A model generated the notes under the pieces. That model saw only the letters and a list, made by a program, of their open reading frames with translations. It was not told where the DNA came from and made no database searches. DNA of 64,000 nucleotides from Massalongia carnosa (Eukaryota): positions 1,240,001 to 1,304,000 of the forward strand of contig OZ287080.1 in the NCBI GenBank assembly GCA_965645245.1. Reading direction: 5' to 3'. Of this stretch, positions 23,761-35,973 are shown one piece after another. Every line of letters starts with the position of its first letter. Position 1 is the first letter of the stretch. A program made the position numbers and the translations under genes.

Positions 23761-25646
23761 AAGTCCTGAAAATCGTAAATCTCTCACGATATTTGAATGC
23801 ATCGATGCAGCGGGCGACTATCCTCCACCACCTTTAATTCTTATACAAGGACATGAAATCAGGACGGACTGGTTTTCAAAAGAGCTGCCAAAGGGAACTC
23901 GAATTATACCTTCAGAAAACGGATTTACCTTTGACAAGATAGCACAGGTGTTTCTTCAGCATTGTATTGATCATTCAGACTCTGGACCAGAAGCAGACTG
24001 GAAAATAATGCTCATAGATAAATCATGGCAGTCATTGTACTCCTGAGTTCATAGCTCTTGCTAATATAAATCACATTCGTCCTTATCCACTTATACCGCA
24101 TCTTACACATTGTATGCAGCCGCTTGATGTTGGAGTATTTCAACCTTATAAACACTGGCATGATATGGCAATTCAAGATGCTCTACTGGAATTCAATGTG
24201 AGTATAAATTACAGCGATTTCTTGTGGCTCTTACTTAGATACGTGATAATACTTTCAAGAAATGTACTATTCGAAGTGCTTTTGAGAAATCAGGAATGTG
24301 GCCTGTTAATGCTAAAAACTGCATCTCACTGCTTAAAACTTTCAAGCCGCCTGATGATCAAGAAAAGCTACACAATAACGAAAAAGAGCCTACTCTTCCA
24401 ATCTTGCCTCATATTCAGCCAACATCCTCAATGGATGTTGAAATAGGACTTCAAACATGGCAGAAGAAAATTCAACAGGGAATGTTGTGGAGTGATCCGG
24501 CTCGCTCAGAGCAATTTGAGTCGTTTGTTAATGACACAAAAACCGTTTGTACACAAGCTACGTTTAATGATATTCAATTATCTATATATCAGAAAAGAAG
24601 AGAAGATGACTTAAAACAGAAATCTACCTCTCGTAAGCGATTACGAACCTTAGGTTCAGGATTAGGGCTTACTAAAGAGAATGCTGAGGAGATGATTGCA
24701 GCAAAGGAAAAACAAGCTAAAGAAACAGAAGCAAAGAAGCAGCATCAGACATGGATGAAGATTTGGCGTATGGAAAGAGACGCCAAATATGCCGAAGGAG
24801 TGATTGCTCGAAAGCAAGAAAGAAATCGTTTACGACAAATTAAAGAGCTTTCAAAACAAGATCTTGCTATTTCCTCCGAGCATCTTATTCCTATTCCCGA
24901 TCCCGAAGCAATTTGGAAGGCAACAGATGTTACTTGGCAAGAAGAAGAGAGAAAGAAAGCGAAAAAGACTAAATCTCAAGTATATAATGAAGATGAAGAT
25001 GAAGATGAGGCGGAGACAACATTCATCACAGATGTTACAGGTGATTTTCTGCCGTTTGATGAAGACGATACTGATGGAGGCAACGAGTCTGACAATGATG
25101 TACAAGAACAATTAGGATATTAATAGGTTTCAGCTCTTTATTAAAGCGGCAATATTAATTTAACGATATGATAATAAATAATAATGTGGTAGTAAATGTA
25201 ATAGTAATTTAAATGATGCGGTGGTGCTTTAGTGATGTGGTGGTGGTTTAACGTTGCGAGCCTACGAAGCTTCGCTTTCCTACGAAGTTTGCTTTCCCTC
25301 CAAGAAGCATTCGCTTCTTGGAGGGAGAGGATTAAGCGAGCGACTAGCCGACGATTAGTGCGTTCCGATAGTTAAGCGACGTCGCCGATGTTCCCAGAGA
25401 GGCTAGACTACCTTTACCCAAAACGGTAGATTGACGAACTGGTTTAAAGCAAACTCAAGAATTGCTCCAGTTTGAATCTATAAATTTTTTACATTTTCTC
25501 CATATCCTAATCGCCAGTCGTTGGGATCCCATATCTTTACTTCAACTTCCAACCCTTCACTAGCTTATTATAGGCAACGCTGAAATTGCATATTTTTTGT
25601 GACGGTTGTTGCTATTAATACCTGAGATACAGATTAGACCGCGATA

Positions 25647-27970
25647 ATGGGAGGATCCACCAATGATATAAGCGATGTAGAGCGCGACAGCGATGATCAC
25701 GCTCACTTTGCTAATCATACGGTCCGTACCTTGACATGGGAAGGGGTCACAGTGTCCTTCGGGCACCGGTTTTTTTCTGATTTAAAATCAAAACTCATCA
25801 TCTCAGGCGTGGATGGACTTGCCATAGCTGGTGAGTCTATCGATCTCATTCGGATGCGAATTACTAATAGATCCATCAGGCGATCTGGTAGCCATCATGG
25901 GACCTTCTGGTAGCGGAAAAACCACTATGCTTAATGTGCTTGCACATCGAGATGCCTCGTTCCAGACAGAAGTCACCGGATCTATCAAAGTCAATGGGGC
26001 AAAAGTGTCCACAGATACCTTCCAAACCCTAACCTCGTATGTTGAGCAGGAAGATGCTCTCATTGGATCGTTGACAGTCAGAGAAACTTTAGACTTTGCC
26101 GCTCGTCTCTCCCTGCCAAGGTAATGCTTGTTGATTTTATAGACTGAATTATGCTTATGCGTTGAAAGTTCCATTCCAAAGCATGAACGCCTGCGGCGCG
26201 TTGACCAATTACTCTTTTCATTTGGTTTACAGGAACAGGCTCACAAGCTTGTTGGGACCCCAATCCGCAAGGGGATCAGCGGTGGTCAAAAGCGGAGGCT
26301 AAGTATAGCAAGCCAACTCATAACCGCTCCTAAGATACTCTTCCTCGATGTTAGCCAAAATACCTCGAGATGGTGCGCCTAAATTCTTTGCTGACATAGA
26401 AAAAGGAGCCAACAAGTGGTCTAGATTCCACTGCAAGTTATGAAGTGATCAGGTATTTGAAATCTGTCGTAAAGACTCATAAAGTTAGCAGTGTTAGGGT
26501 TTCACGTTTTGATTTATATTAACACTGTCATAGTTGATCGTCTTAGCAAGCATTCATCAGCCTTCAACATCAACTTTTGAACTCTTTGACAAGCTTCTGC
26601 TCATGGCATCAGGACGTGTGTGCTACAATGGCCCTATCTCCTTAGTCAAGCCTTACCTAAACTCGCGAGGGACTCCCATGCCAACGTACATCAATCCCGC
26701 GGAGTTCCTCTTAGATCTTACCAGCTCCGACTTTGCCCAAGGTCATGAGGATGCTCATTTGCGGATTGAAAAACTGCATTCTGACTGGCATGACTCCAAT
26801 GAAGCAAAGATGGCGGCCTCAGCAATTTCGGCCGTTTCGTTAGAGAAGGAAGATAGCGAACCACAGGTGGAACCAAAATCCCGAAGCCCTTTCATCAATG
26901 TTGTACTTGCTCTTCTGCATAGATCGTTTATCAAGAGCTATCGGGATGTCGTGGCTTATGGGATTCGGTTTGCCATGTATATTGGTTGGTTTTCGTTCGA
27001 GAAAGGGGCAAACTTACTCTAACAATTCCAGGCCTTGCAATTATGATGGGCACTGTTTGGCTACGATTGCCTCCGACCCAGAGCTCCATTCAGCCGTTCA
27101 TCAACGCAATCGTAGGGGCCCATTTCAAGCCCACTATTTAGCCCTGCTCACTTCTCTTAGTTCTTTGGCTCAGCATTCATGTCGTTCATGGCTGTCGCCT
27201 ACGTCCCAGCATTTCTTGAGGATCGCGCCACCTTCCTTAAAGAGCGGGCCAATGGTCTTTATGGTGCTACCGCGTTCATGGTGGCAAATTTTTTAATTGG
27301 CCTCCCTTACTTGTGTCGGTTCCCTTGAAAGCTTTATTCTTCCTTTGGCTGATTTGATCCTATAGTTCTCATCTCCCTTTTCTTCTCGTTAGTAGCCTAC
27401 TGGCTCTCCAATTTCCGCCCCGAAGCTAGCGCCTTCTTCACCTGGGTGATGTGGCTGTTCCTAGATCTTCTCGCTGGCGAATCTCTTGTCGTTCTAGTGT
27501 CGTCTCTTTTCCCCAGTTTCGTTGTCGCCCTCGCCCTCACCGCGTTCGCAAACGGTCTCTGGATGAGCGTTGGTGGATTTTTGGTCTCACCGACCATTTT
27601 GAACCCATTTTGGCTATATGTATTTCATTATATCGATTATGTACGTCTCGTTTTCCCTGATTATTCCTAGCTCCAATCTCCGGGTATCAAAGTAGCCCAG
27701 CTCTAGGACTGACATCTTCATTAGCAAGCCTACGTTTTCCGCGGGATGATGGTCAACGAGTTTGGTTACCGTACTTATACCTGTGGCTCAGCCTGTCAAT
27801 GCATGTATGAGACCGCACTCGCCTCGGAATGTAAGATCGATGGGAAAGGCGTGCTAGCGCTGTATGGCTACCGCATCGGTGAGGAGGGGAAATGGGTTGG
27901 CATTATGTTAGCGATCTTGGTGGGGTACAGGATCCTCGGATGGGGGGTCACCTGTCTGAAAAGGACATGA
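25647..27970 (+). CDS. ABC transporter, ABCG (White-type) half transporter, multi-exon
   Basis: Walker A GPSGSGKTT, YVEQEDALIGSLTVRETL, signature GISGGQKRRLS, Walker B ILFLD/EPTSGLDS, ASIHQPS, C-terminal ABC2 membrane domain (RSFIKSYRD, LEDRATFLKERANG). Confidence 0.95.
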
Positions 27971-29667
27971 GAGTCACAGTCGTCTCGAGAGTGCAAAGTT
28001 CGCCACAATGGTGGAAGCTTCATCACGTATGGTTGTGTATAGTACTAGACACCTTTCCCCAATGTTCCACTCCTTCCATGAGAAGATTTTCCAAATTTGA
28101 TAACGCATGTCATATCGTCACCATGAGGCGACTAGGTATTATCATAATCAACCACCCTGTTGCCCTCAGCCGATGCGCGGGCCACGACTACGTGAGTCAA
28201 TTAGTGTCTACCGGCGCACCAGGAGACCACTTGGGGGGCGTCGCTATACAGTGCAGCGTCGCCTCAGCGCCACCTCCTCCAACAACAAAGAGCCCAGTCA
28301 TCCCCGCACAACGCGTGAGTTGGGTCTCGCAAGCTTCTACTACGGGAGAACACAACCGGATTTCGCAACGGGCCTGGCTAGCGCACAGAATAACTGGGCT
28401 ATACACGGCAGTGCGATTCGTATTTAGTCGGAAATGTGATACCTAGAGAGAAGTTGTTGGTAACTTCAGAACCGGGAATACCTTGCAGATTCGGCCCGCT
28501 TTTCTGGATCGATTAACGTTATTTATCCCGAGATCGGAGAAAGGGGAGGTTTTCCTGTCGGTGGCTAGTTGATCCCATTTCCTCGTTTGGGGTAGAAAAT
28601 CTGTGCTTGATAGGTAGTCAATTTTTTGGCGATGATGAAATGATTTTTCCGCTGTCATGTTCCAAAGACTGTTTTCAAGACGAGGGTTTATATGAAAATT
28701 TCTGAGGATTTCTTATTCAATTATTTCTGTATTCCGTTTTGATGGTAAATTAATGAATTAGACATCGTGACGCTTGCAAAACCCTCCTTGTCCTGGGTTT
28801 TTGCTTGGTGATTCGTTATGTCTTTAGATTTAAGATGCCTTTCGGATATGTGCTCGGTTTGTTCTTTGGTATCTTTCTATTTCCATCACCGTTTGGATGC
28901 GGTGAGAATAATTTGTTGGTCTGTGAGTGATCCAGCGTTCGGAAAACTCCCTGGTTTGGATTGTGATGATTCTCCCGGGAAAAGGATTTGAAAAATAAAA
29001 AAAATCAACAATATATGACGAACGCTCGTTCGTACAATATAGTATATATAGTATAGTACAGTACAGTATAAAATAGAATACAATACGTATATCGGGAACT
29101 CGAGCAGAAGAAGCGATAATTCTGGAGGAAAAGGAAGGAAGAAAGTAGAATTAAGCGAGGTAGTCCGAGCGTCATCCTCCCGCTAGGTCCATGCTACCTA
29201 CGTACTGTGCTGATAGGAGTTTTGGGGCTTCAACAAGAAGACAAGAAGAAAAAGAGGGGAAGAAAGAACCCAAGAGAAAAGAAAGAAAGAAAGATAACAA
29301 AAAAGCGCAAAGAGCAAAGCCGGAAAAAAGGGTTTCTCTTCCCCCCCCCCTCCCTCTGATCATGTTATTGATATCTCAAGAATGACAAAGGAGCGAGTCG
29401 ATAGGGAGATGGATGGCCATGGTATATACAGATGGACAGACGAACCGACACACACACGCATTGACGAACATAAATCTTCCCTTCCTCCATCCCCCCTAAA
29501 CAAATAATTAAAAGAATTTTCCATCCTCCCACGCGTCAAGAAATCCCTCCCCCAACACAAAAATCGTCAAAATAAAAAAAGATCCCTCCCAGACCCAAAA
29601 ACCGTCAAAATAAAAACCTCCCTCTTCCCTACCCATTTTTTATCCCCCATCTCCCCGCCAAAACTCT

Positions 29668-31273
29668 TCATACAGGCGACATGGGCGCCACAGGCGCCAC
29701 CCCCTTCACCTCCACCCTTCCCCCCCGCCCATTCCCCATCCCCGCGCTCCCGATTCCATTTCCGCTTCCGGCCCTCCCGTCCGCCGACGCCACGTGCTCC
29801 TCTGATCCCATGTTCTCCATCTCCAGACCCATCGCGCTGCCCCCTCCGACTCCATGCGCGGGTTCGCCCCCAGGGCCATACTCGTGGATGCGCACGCGGC
29901 TGTCGTCCTGCCAGCTGAGGTTGAAATCGACGTTTTTGGTGATGACGAGGGCGCCGCCGCCGCCGCCACCACCGGAGCGATGGTGAGGGTGGCGGTCTTC
30001 ATAGGCGGAGTTGACTTTGTAGGAGTTGGTTTTTTCGCCGATAAGGGTGGGGGCGTGGTGGCGGAGGAAGGATTTCAGCGCGAGGAAGCAGCAGCAGATG
30101 ATCACAAGGTTGGCTTCGACGATGCTGCGGAGAGCTGTTAGTTGGGCTTGGAAAAAAGAAAATAGGAGGTGGGGGAACCTTACATCCAGACGGCTGGGAT
30201 AGCGACGACCCAGGTTTGATCTGGATTGGTGAAGAGCGGTTGAAGAGTGATGAGGCGGATAATGCTTGTGATGAAGGTTCTGGTGCGAACGGAAATTGCG
30301 GGTTAGCCAAGCGCGAAGGGCGGCCTAGGGGAGGAACGGGCTTACAAAGATCCCACGGCGAACATGCCCGCCAGGCCGATCTTTTGCTGCAGTGGAATCT
30401 TCAGCTTGATGACTGTGGGGATGGGCAGGATCAAGATGGCTAGGTCGCTGACGATGTTAGCCACGGCTGTGGTGACGTACAGGGCCGGTCGATTGATGCA
30501 GGACCCCTTCGTGATGGAGGCATCCCAAGCCATGGCGACTGGCCGACAGGGGAAAACCAAGCAAATAGCCAGCGCGATGCTGTAGCCTCCGATGATGGTC
30601 ATGATGCAATGGATGGCTAATTGCATGCTCCTGTCATTGGAGATGCGGCGGAAGACGAGTAGGATGGAGATTTTGGCGAAGCCCAAGCAGCCGAGGTAGA
30701 CGACAGATGCGGAGAGAACGAGCTGAACGGGACTCTGAATGAGGACGAGCTGATTGACAAGGGGGGGGGGAAGGGAGTCTCATACCTTTTGATAATTGGA
30801 GAATTGAGCGGTCGTAACATCCCACAGGTGAATCCCCTCCCCTTTGAACTTAAAGGTTACTGTTCCCAATCAGCCTTGATCACTTCCGTTGTCCAAATGC
30901 GCGCACGTACTTATTATCGTCAGGACCGTTGCAAGAGAGCATATCTAAACCATATACAGAATCACTGGTCAACAGTTGTCCCCTAGGCCCGCGGCAAAAG
31001 GGGCACAACGTACCCAAGCGAGAATGACAAAAACTACCCAACCGCATTAGCCAACTGTTGGAGTGGGAAACAGATAAAGCATTGTCAAATACCATCCTCG
31101 CTCGCAAACGACCGATTGATGCGCAGTTTGGTGTATATTCGCATCAACAGAAACACCGTCGAGCATATCACTCCCAAAATCCCGAGAACATAAATCTCCC
31201 GTCCGTTCTGCTCCGGATTCACGAAATTCGGCGTGATTCCCGGCGGAGGTGGAATGACTCCCGTCAATGCCAT
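29668..31273 (-). CDS. Pth11-like integral membrane protein (rhodopsin-domain, no CFEM), multi-exon
   Basis: PPPPGITPNFVNP, LMRIYTK, AKISILLVFRRIS, VANIVSDLAILILPIPTVIKLKIPLQQKIGLAGMFAVG, IVEANLVIICCC. Confidence 0.85.
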
Positions 31274-32816
31274 GATTGTAAGGGTTGACAAGAAAGAGAA
31301 GAAAAAGTTCAAGTCCGACCTGTAGAGAAAAAAGGATCATGACATCGTCCAGCTTATCAGTTTCTGCCTCGACATAGTATACCGATGTGTAGGGGAATCA
31401 GTTTAAAGATCTTGCGGGCCGTGATTTCTTCATCATTGGTCCTTTTTCCATTATTCGACGGTTTTTGACGGGTTTGTAGTTGGCTAGGTGGAAATGGAGG
31501 CTTCCTGCCTAAGCCGTTGTGGGCTGGTGTGAACTGGGTTCCCTAGGTAGTTAGTTAGGTTTCGTCGCCCTCCTTGGTCCAAGACACCTATACCTAGCTC
31601 CCTGGATTTTTCCCACGAGGTTACCTTCATTTGCGGTCAATTGAGGTCTCAGGTTTTGGATCTAGCGGAAGTGGCGCAAGGGGGAAGCTGCCAGAGGCTC
31701 GAAAAGGACGACTAGTTCGATGGGGTGGATGGAACGAGCTTCGAACACCGAATCGAGAAAACGCTTGTGTGAGTTGGGATATGGATAGGTCTTTGGATGA
31801 ACTAGTTTTGACCGAACGAGCAAGCAATTGGTCGACAGCTAGATGGGAAACGCTCCACTCAACATGATGAAAATCCAGACGCTTTCGATTCGCATTCTTT
31901 TCTTGGGATCAAGCGACGACAAAAGCGACAGTGACATTGACGGATAGCGGACACGATCAGCGATTAACGCAACCGTGAAAACGACTATCAACCACCGGGC
32001 AAGGTCGACGGCCTAGTGGGCCCAACCTTTCCGCCAACTAAGTACATACTCCCGTACCTTGTACCTTGTACGCCGTACAGAGTACTGTGTAGAGTTGGCG
32101 ATCAACTTTTTCAACCGAAGTGGAGCACATACCTAAGTAGACCATGAAATAAAAGCCATCTAATGATGGGTGCAATCCCATTCGTCGCAGGTCCACACCC
32201 GCAGAAGAACGCCTTCCAAGTTTCGCCCAAGCTTCAAGCCTGCAGCCTCCAGGCTGCTCTTGGCGTCTTGGCGTCTTCATGCAAGCCAAAATGCATTCGT
32301 GATTTCCCCATTTCCTGGCGGCGTGTGTGAGCCTCACACCCCTTGACCGCCCACATCTTCGAATCCGAACAATTCGTAATGTGAGCACTCCTTCCATCGA
32401 TATCGAAGATGACGCCTGAAACTCGACTCTTTGTCCCTTCTCATTCGATGATCAAATTACGGGAAGCATCCCATGTTGCTCAGAGGGCCACGTGTAGGAC
32501 GAAGTCCTTGTATTCTTTCGGAACCAGGTTTAACCCCCCCCGTCCCGTGATTTCTCGATACCGCACACAGGAAAACGAGGCATTTAGGGTTCGTCTCAAA
32601 TCGAACCATGGCATGATCGAGATGTCGAATGTTAGTCTAACTTCATTCATGAAATCGGTAGAATCATGTGGTTGGGATGCCAGTGGAATACCTGCATAAT
32701 ACGTATATGGAGTAGAAAGGTAATCGGTGTTTCCTCATCCTGAGCCCTACATCCCCCGTCTCCAAACCCTCGGATGCGACATTGCATCACAATCGAGCAG
32801 TGACCCGATATGGTTA

Positions 32817-34709
32817 CCCGTGCAGCTTAGGCGCACCCAGTCGTCCCGCCTGAGTGCTGCACAATCACCGAGCAGTTTCAATCACCGAGCACTTTTTTCC
32901 ACCATCTCACCTACAACCATCAATTGATCACGATTTATTTACATGAAAAGGCATATGACCCGCCCTGAATGTAGTATGGTGTCTTTCGAGTCAATTCCCT
33001 CATTACTGGCCCCCATCTCTTTCGTTGGTTGAGTATTAGCTTGTTTTGGCGCGTTGTCTCCAATCGATTCTCCTCCTCCATTCGCTCCGACGTCATCTTT
33101 CTGCAGTCTCCCACGCGAATAACCGCTCCTTTTTGAATGACACGCTTTGTCTGATTGGCCCTTATTCTACGAGCATTTTCAGCTGCCTTTGTATGAGCTA
33201 GTTGATCGACAATAAGCTCGTCTTTTCTAGCTACAGCTAATGCCCCTTTCATGAATTTATGTAAATTCATGGCATCAGGATAAACGGACTCAATGTTGTA
33301 CGAAGCCTCTTTTAACTCCTGAAAATTTCGAGGAGTACTAAATGCAGCTTCGTATGCCTCATCGGGATGACGAGGTGGGCTAGAAAATTCCGAAAAGAGT
33401 TTCCACTTGGGCAGCTTGTCCAATACAATAGATGGATTAAATGGAATAAGCCCTACCTGTCTCCATGCAGACAAAACGGTCGATCTTTTGAATGTTTTCT
33501 TTCGAAAAGAGTTAAATGCATTCAGAAATTCCACTTTGGTAAACGTCTCATCCCCCTGAGCCATAGCTTCTTTAACCGCTTCAGAATGCCAATATTTCAG
33601 GGGCTGAAAAACGACGACGTCCAATGGCTGTAGCAGATGCGTGGTATGGGCGGGCAGACCAAATGGAATTATCTTGGCCTCATTGCAATATTCAATGAAT
33701 TCAATGGTATGATGCGATCTGTATCCATCCATCAGAAGAAGTCGGTATGCCCCCTTTCGAGTCTTGACTGAATGAGTATCAAAGTGCTTCAGCCATTTCA
33801 ATGACAACCAATCATTCGAATAACCCGTCTCGGCCGTAGACAAAACCATGTCCTCGTTTAGATCATTGTTTGACCAAGAATTCATGATCATCATTCCCGT
33901 CAAAATGAGAAAAGATGGAATGGAGCCGCCTGCACCATTGATGGACTCAATGGAGGTTAAACTCTCACGATTGTCCGGATCTTTTGATCTAATGGAGTGC
34001 TTATCATTCTCGGATATAGAAGTAATAACCCAATCCGATCGTGCAATGCCCATTCGAAAGCCCGTCTCATCAAAATTCCAAACATCTTCTTCGCATATCC
34101 CATGCTCCCTAACCTGCTGTATAAATTGATCAAAATAGCGCTCTATGACCTCCGGATCCTCCGCATTCTTTCGTACAGCTGCAAGAGGCTTTCTTTTAAC
34201 TTTCTGAAAGTCGGGAAATCGATCCATCCATCTTTTTGACCATGCATGACTTAGTGGGGGCGGAGGATTCGATTGATCACAATCCTGCAATAGCAGCTTA
34301 TTTGCAGCTCTTTCCACCAGTCGGAGACGTGGATGAAGGCCTAATTTGATCAATTGTCGTAAGTATAGCTCTAAAGTAAGGTCTTGCTCGGGTGTTAAAC
34401 GTCTTCTATGTATTCCACGAATAGAAGACGCGGATGGCTTGTTTTCGAGCCTGGAACGAAGCCGACCTATGGGCACGTTAAAATCACGCGCCACTTTCGC
34501 GCGTTTCGCACGAGGATTTTTTTTTAGATGCTGAATGGCCCCCTGAATTCGAGTCTCAATTTCCTTACAGTTGGAAGACATGATGGTGGGGGGGGGGAAT
34601 TTCAAAGGTGAAGGAATAAAAGTTGGGAAAAAAGTGCTCGGTGATTGAAACTGCTCGGTAATTGTGCAGCACTCAGGCGGGACGACTGGGTGCGCCTAAG
34701 CTGCACGGG
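32817..34709 (-). mobile_element. Full-length Fot1-like (pogo) DNA transposon, 1893 bp
   Basis: 84-bp TIRs (32817-32900, 34626-34709) with one mismatch, TA TSD both sides. Confidence 0.96.
32935..34581 (-). CDS. Fot1-like transposase, uninterrupted (HTH + CENP-B-like HTH + DDE_1, DD35D)
   Basis: 548-aa open frame from ATG 34581; WNFDETGFRMG, LLLMDGYRSH, HTTHLLQPLDVVVFQPLK; 35 residues between second and third Asp. Confidence 0.93.
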   Translation of the reverse strand: MSSNCKEIETRIQGAIQHLKKNPRAKRAKVARDFNVPIGRLRSRLENKPSASSIRGIHRRRLTPEQDLTLELYLRQLIKLGLHPRLRLVERAANKLLLQDCDQSNPPPPLSHAWSKRWMDRFPDFQKVKRKPLAAVRKNAEDPEVIERYFDQFIQQVREHGICEEDVWNFDETGFRMGIARSDWVITSISENDKHSIRSKDPDNRESLTSIESINGAGGSIPSFLILTGMMIMNSWSNNDLNEDMVLSTAETGYSNDWLSLKWLKHFDTHSVKTRKGAYRLLLMDGYRSHHTIEFIEYCNEAKIIPFGLPAHTTHLLQPLDVVVFQPLKYWHSEAVKEAMAQGDETFTKVEFLNAFNSFRKKTFKRSTVLSAWRQVGLIPFNPSIVLDKLPKWKLFSEFSSPPRHPDEAYEAAFSTPRNFQELKEASYNIESVYPDAMNLHKFMKGALAVARKDELIVDQLAHTKAAENARRIRANQTKRVIQKGAVIRVGDCRKMTSERMEEENRLETTRQNKLILNQRKRWGPVMRELTRKTPYYIQGGSYAFSCK

Positions 34710-34897
34710 TAGGTACCCTCACTCCATGCCTACTACTTGGATGGACAGTTATGCAAAATAAGATTCCTTCCCCTCCCCTCCCCCCCGATTCTTAAGACAT
34801 TGGGGGAGGAGGAGAAGATTGGGAACAAGGTACTCCGTAGGTATGATGATACGGGTTTGATCCCGAAGAACCTAAGTACAGAGTAAACGATAACGTT

Positions 34898-35003
34898 TAA
34901 TCGTCGGCTCGCTTACCTCCGGGATCCGACTTGAAAAAATGTCGACCGCATTTTAACGACATTTTTTCAAGTCGGATCCCGGGGGTAAGCGAGCCGACGA
35001 TTA
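34898..35003. mobile_element. Palindromic MITE (47-bp arms, 12-nt loop)
   Basis: 34898-34944 vs 34957-35003 reverse complement with one mismatch; terminus TAATCGTCGGCT resembles the end of the element at 25357. Confidence 0.75.
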
Positions 35004-35973
35004 CAGGTAAGCAAACGTAAAGAGAGTACCATGATTCGATCCGAACCTACTCTGGAAAGAGCAAAGCGATCGAAGTCCTTGAGACAAGTTGGATGACAGA
35101 TTTGGTAGTACCTAATGCACGTACTAACTACCCAGGTTCTTCCCGTACCAAACATGAACCAAGTGAGACAATATAAGATTTTAGAGATTTTCCAATGGAT
35201 AACATTTCAATATTATTGCTTCAAACTTTTCATCTAGGTAAATTGCTTGATGCTGGAAGAACAAGCTCAATTTTATCATTAACTGATAATTCTACTACTG
35301 CTTTTGTAATCTTACCTAGTCCTTTGCTCTGAGAACTTCCTTTCCGCCTCCCGCGTGCTCATTTGGTCACCATGGACCTATAAACCCCAACAAACTACTG
35401 TTTCTCCTCCCTAGTTGAATTCCGAGCATATGCACCCAACCAACTCCAGTATTCTATAAACAGAGAGGCGAGAATGATAGACAAACAGACAGGCTAGAAG
35501 GTTCCGCGAATTTCTCTCTTCCTCTCTCACGCTCGAGTATGCTGATTGGCATCGAGGTAGATAAGTAGTAAAGGTTGGGGGGGGGGGGGGAAGAGGGGTT
35601 CCAGTTATTTGTTTGCCCTCTTTCTCTAGCTAAAATTGAACTTGAAAAATCAAACCCGAACGGAGATATCAGTTGACAATAGACCTAGCTATGGGATCTC
35701 ACACGTATATGTTCAATGCTCGGGTCTTTATTTTGTATTAGACGGCATGTTGAAGAGACTCCTACAGCTTCTTACAGCAAAATCGCTATGCTGCAGAAAA
35801 CACATTCGCATGCTGAATACATTAATGTGCATACAATTCCGCGCAGACTTCCTACGCCTTATTGGTGGGTCATATATATAATGTTTTTCAACATCTAGTC
35901 ACCCCAAGGGTTGCAAGATACTCGTGCCGTCGTCAATTGCCAACCACCGTATTCTCCGTAGTCAGTAGAGTAC

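Larger units (their letters stand above)
20522..25123 (+). pseudogene. Fot1-like transposase interrupted by a solo LTR, a LINE fragment, frameshifts and stops
   Basis: After removing inserts: MDSVSLQTRISDAKTFLLENPDER..., IVNFDEAGFRVG, intron 22851-22903, ISPENRKSLTIFECIDAAG, HLTHCMQPLDVGVFQPYKHWH, GMWPVN. Confidence 0.85.
20310..25357 (+). mobile_element. Fot1/pogo-like DNA transposon with ~190-bp imperfect TIRs, carrying nested insertions
   Basis: 20310-~20495 is the reverse complement of ~25165-25357; transposase fragments from ATG 20522 to TAA 25123; exact termini/TSD not resolved. Confidence 0.87.
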
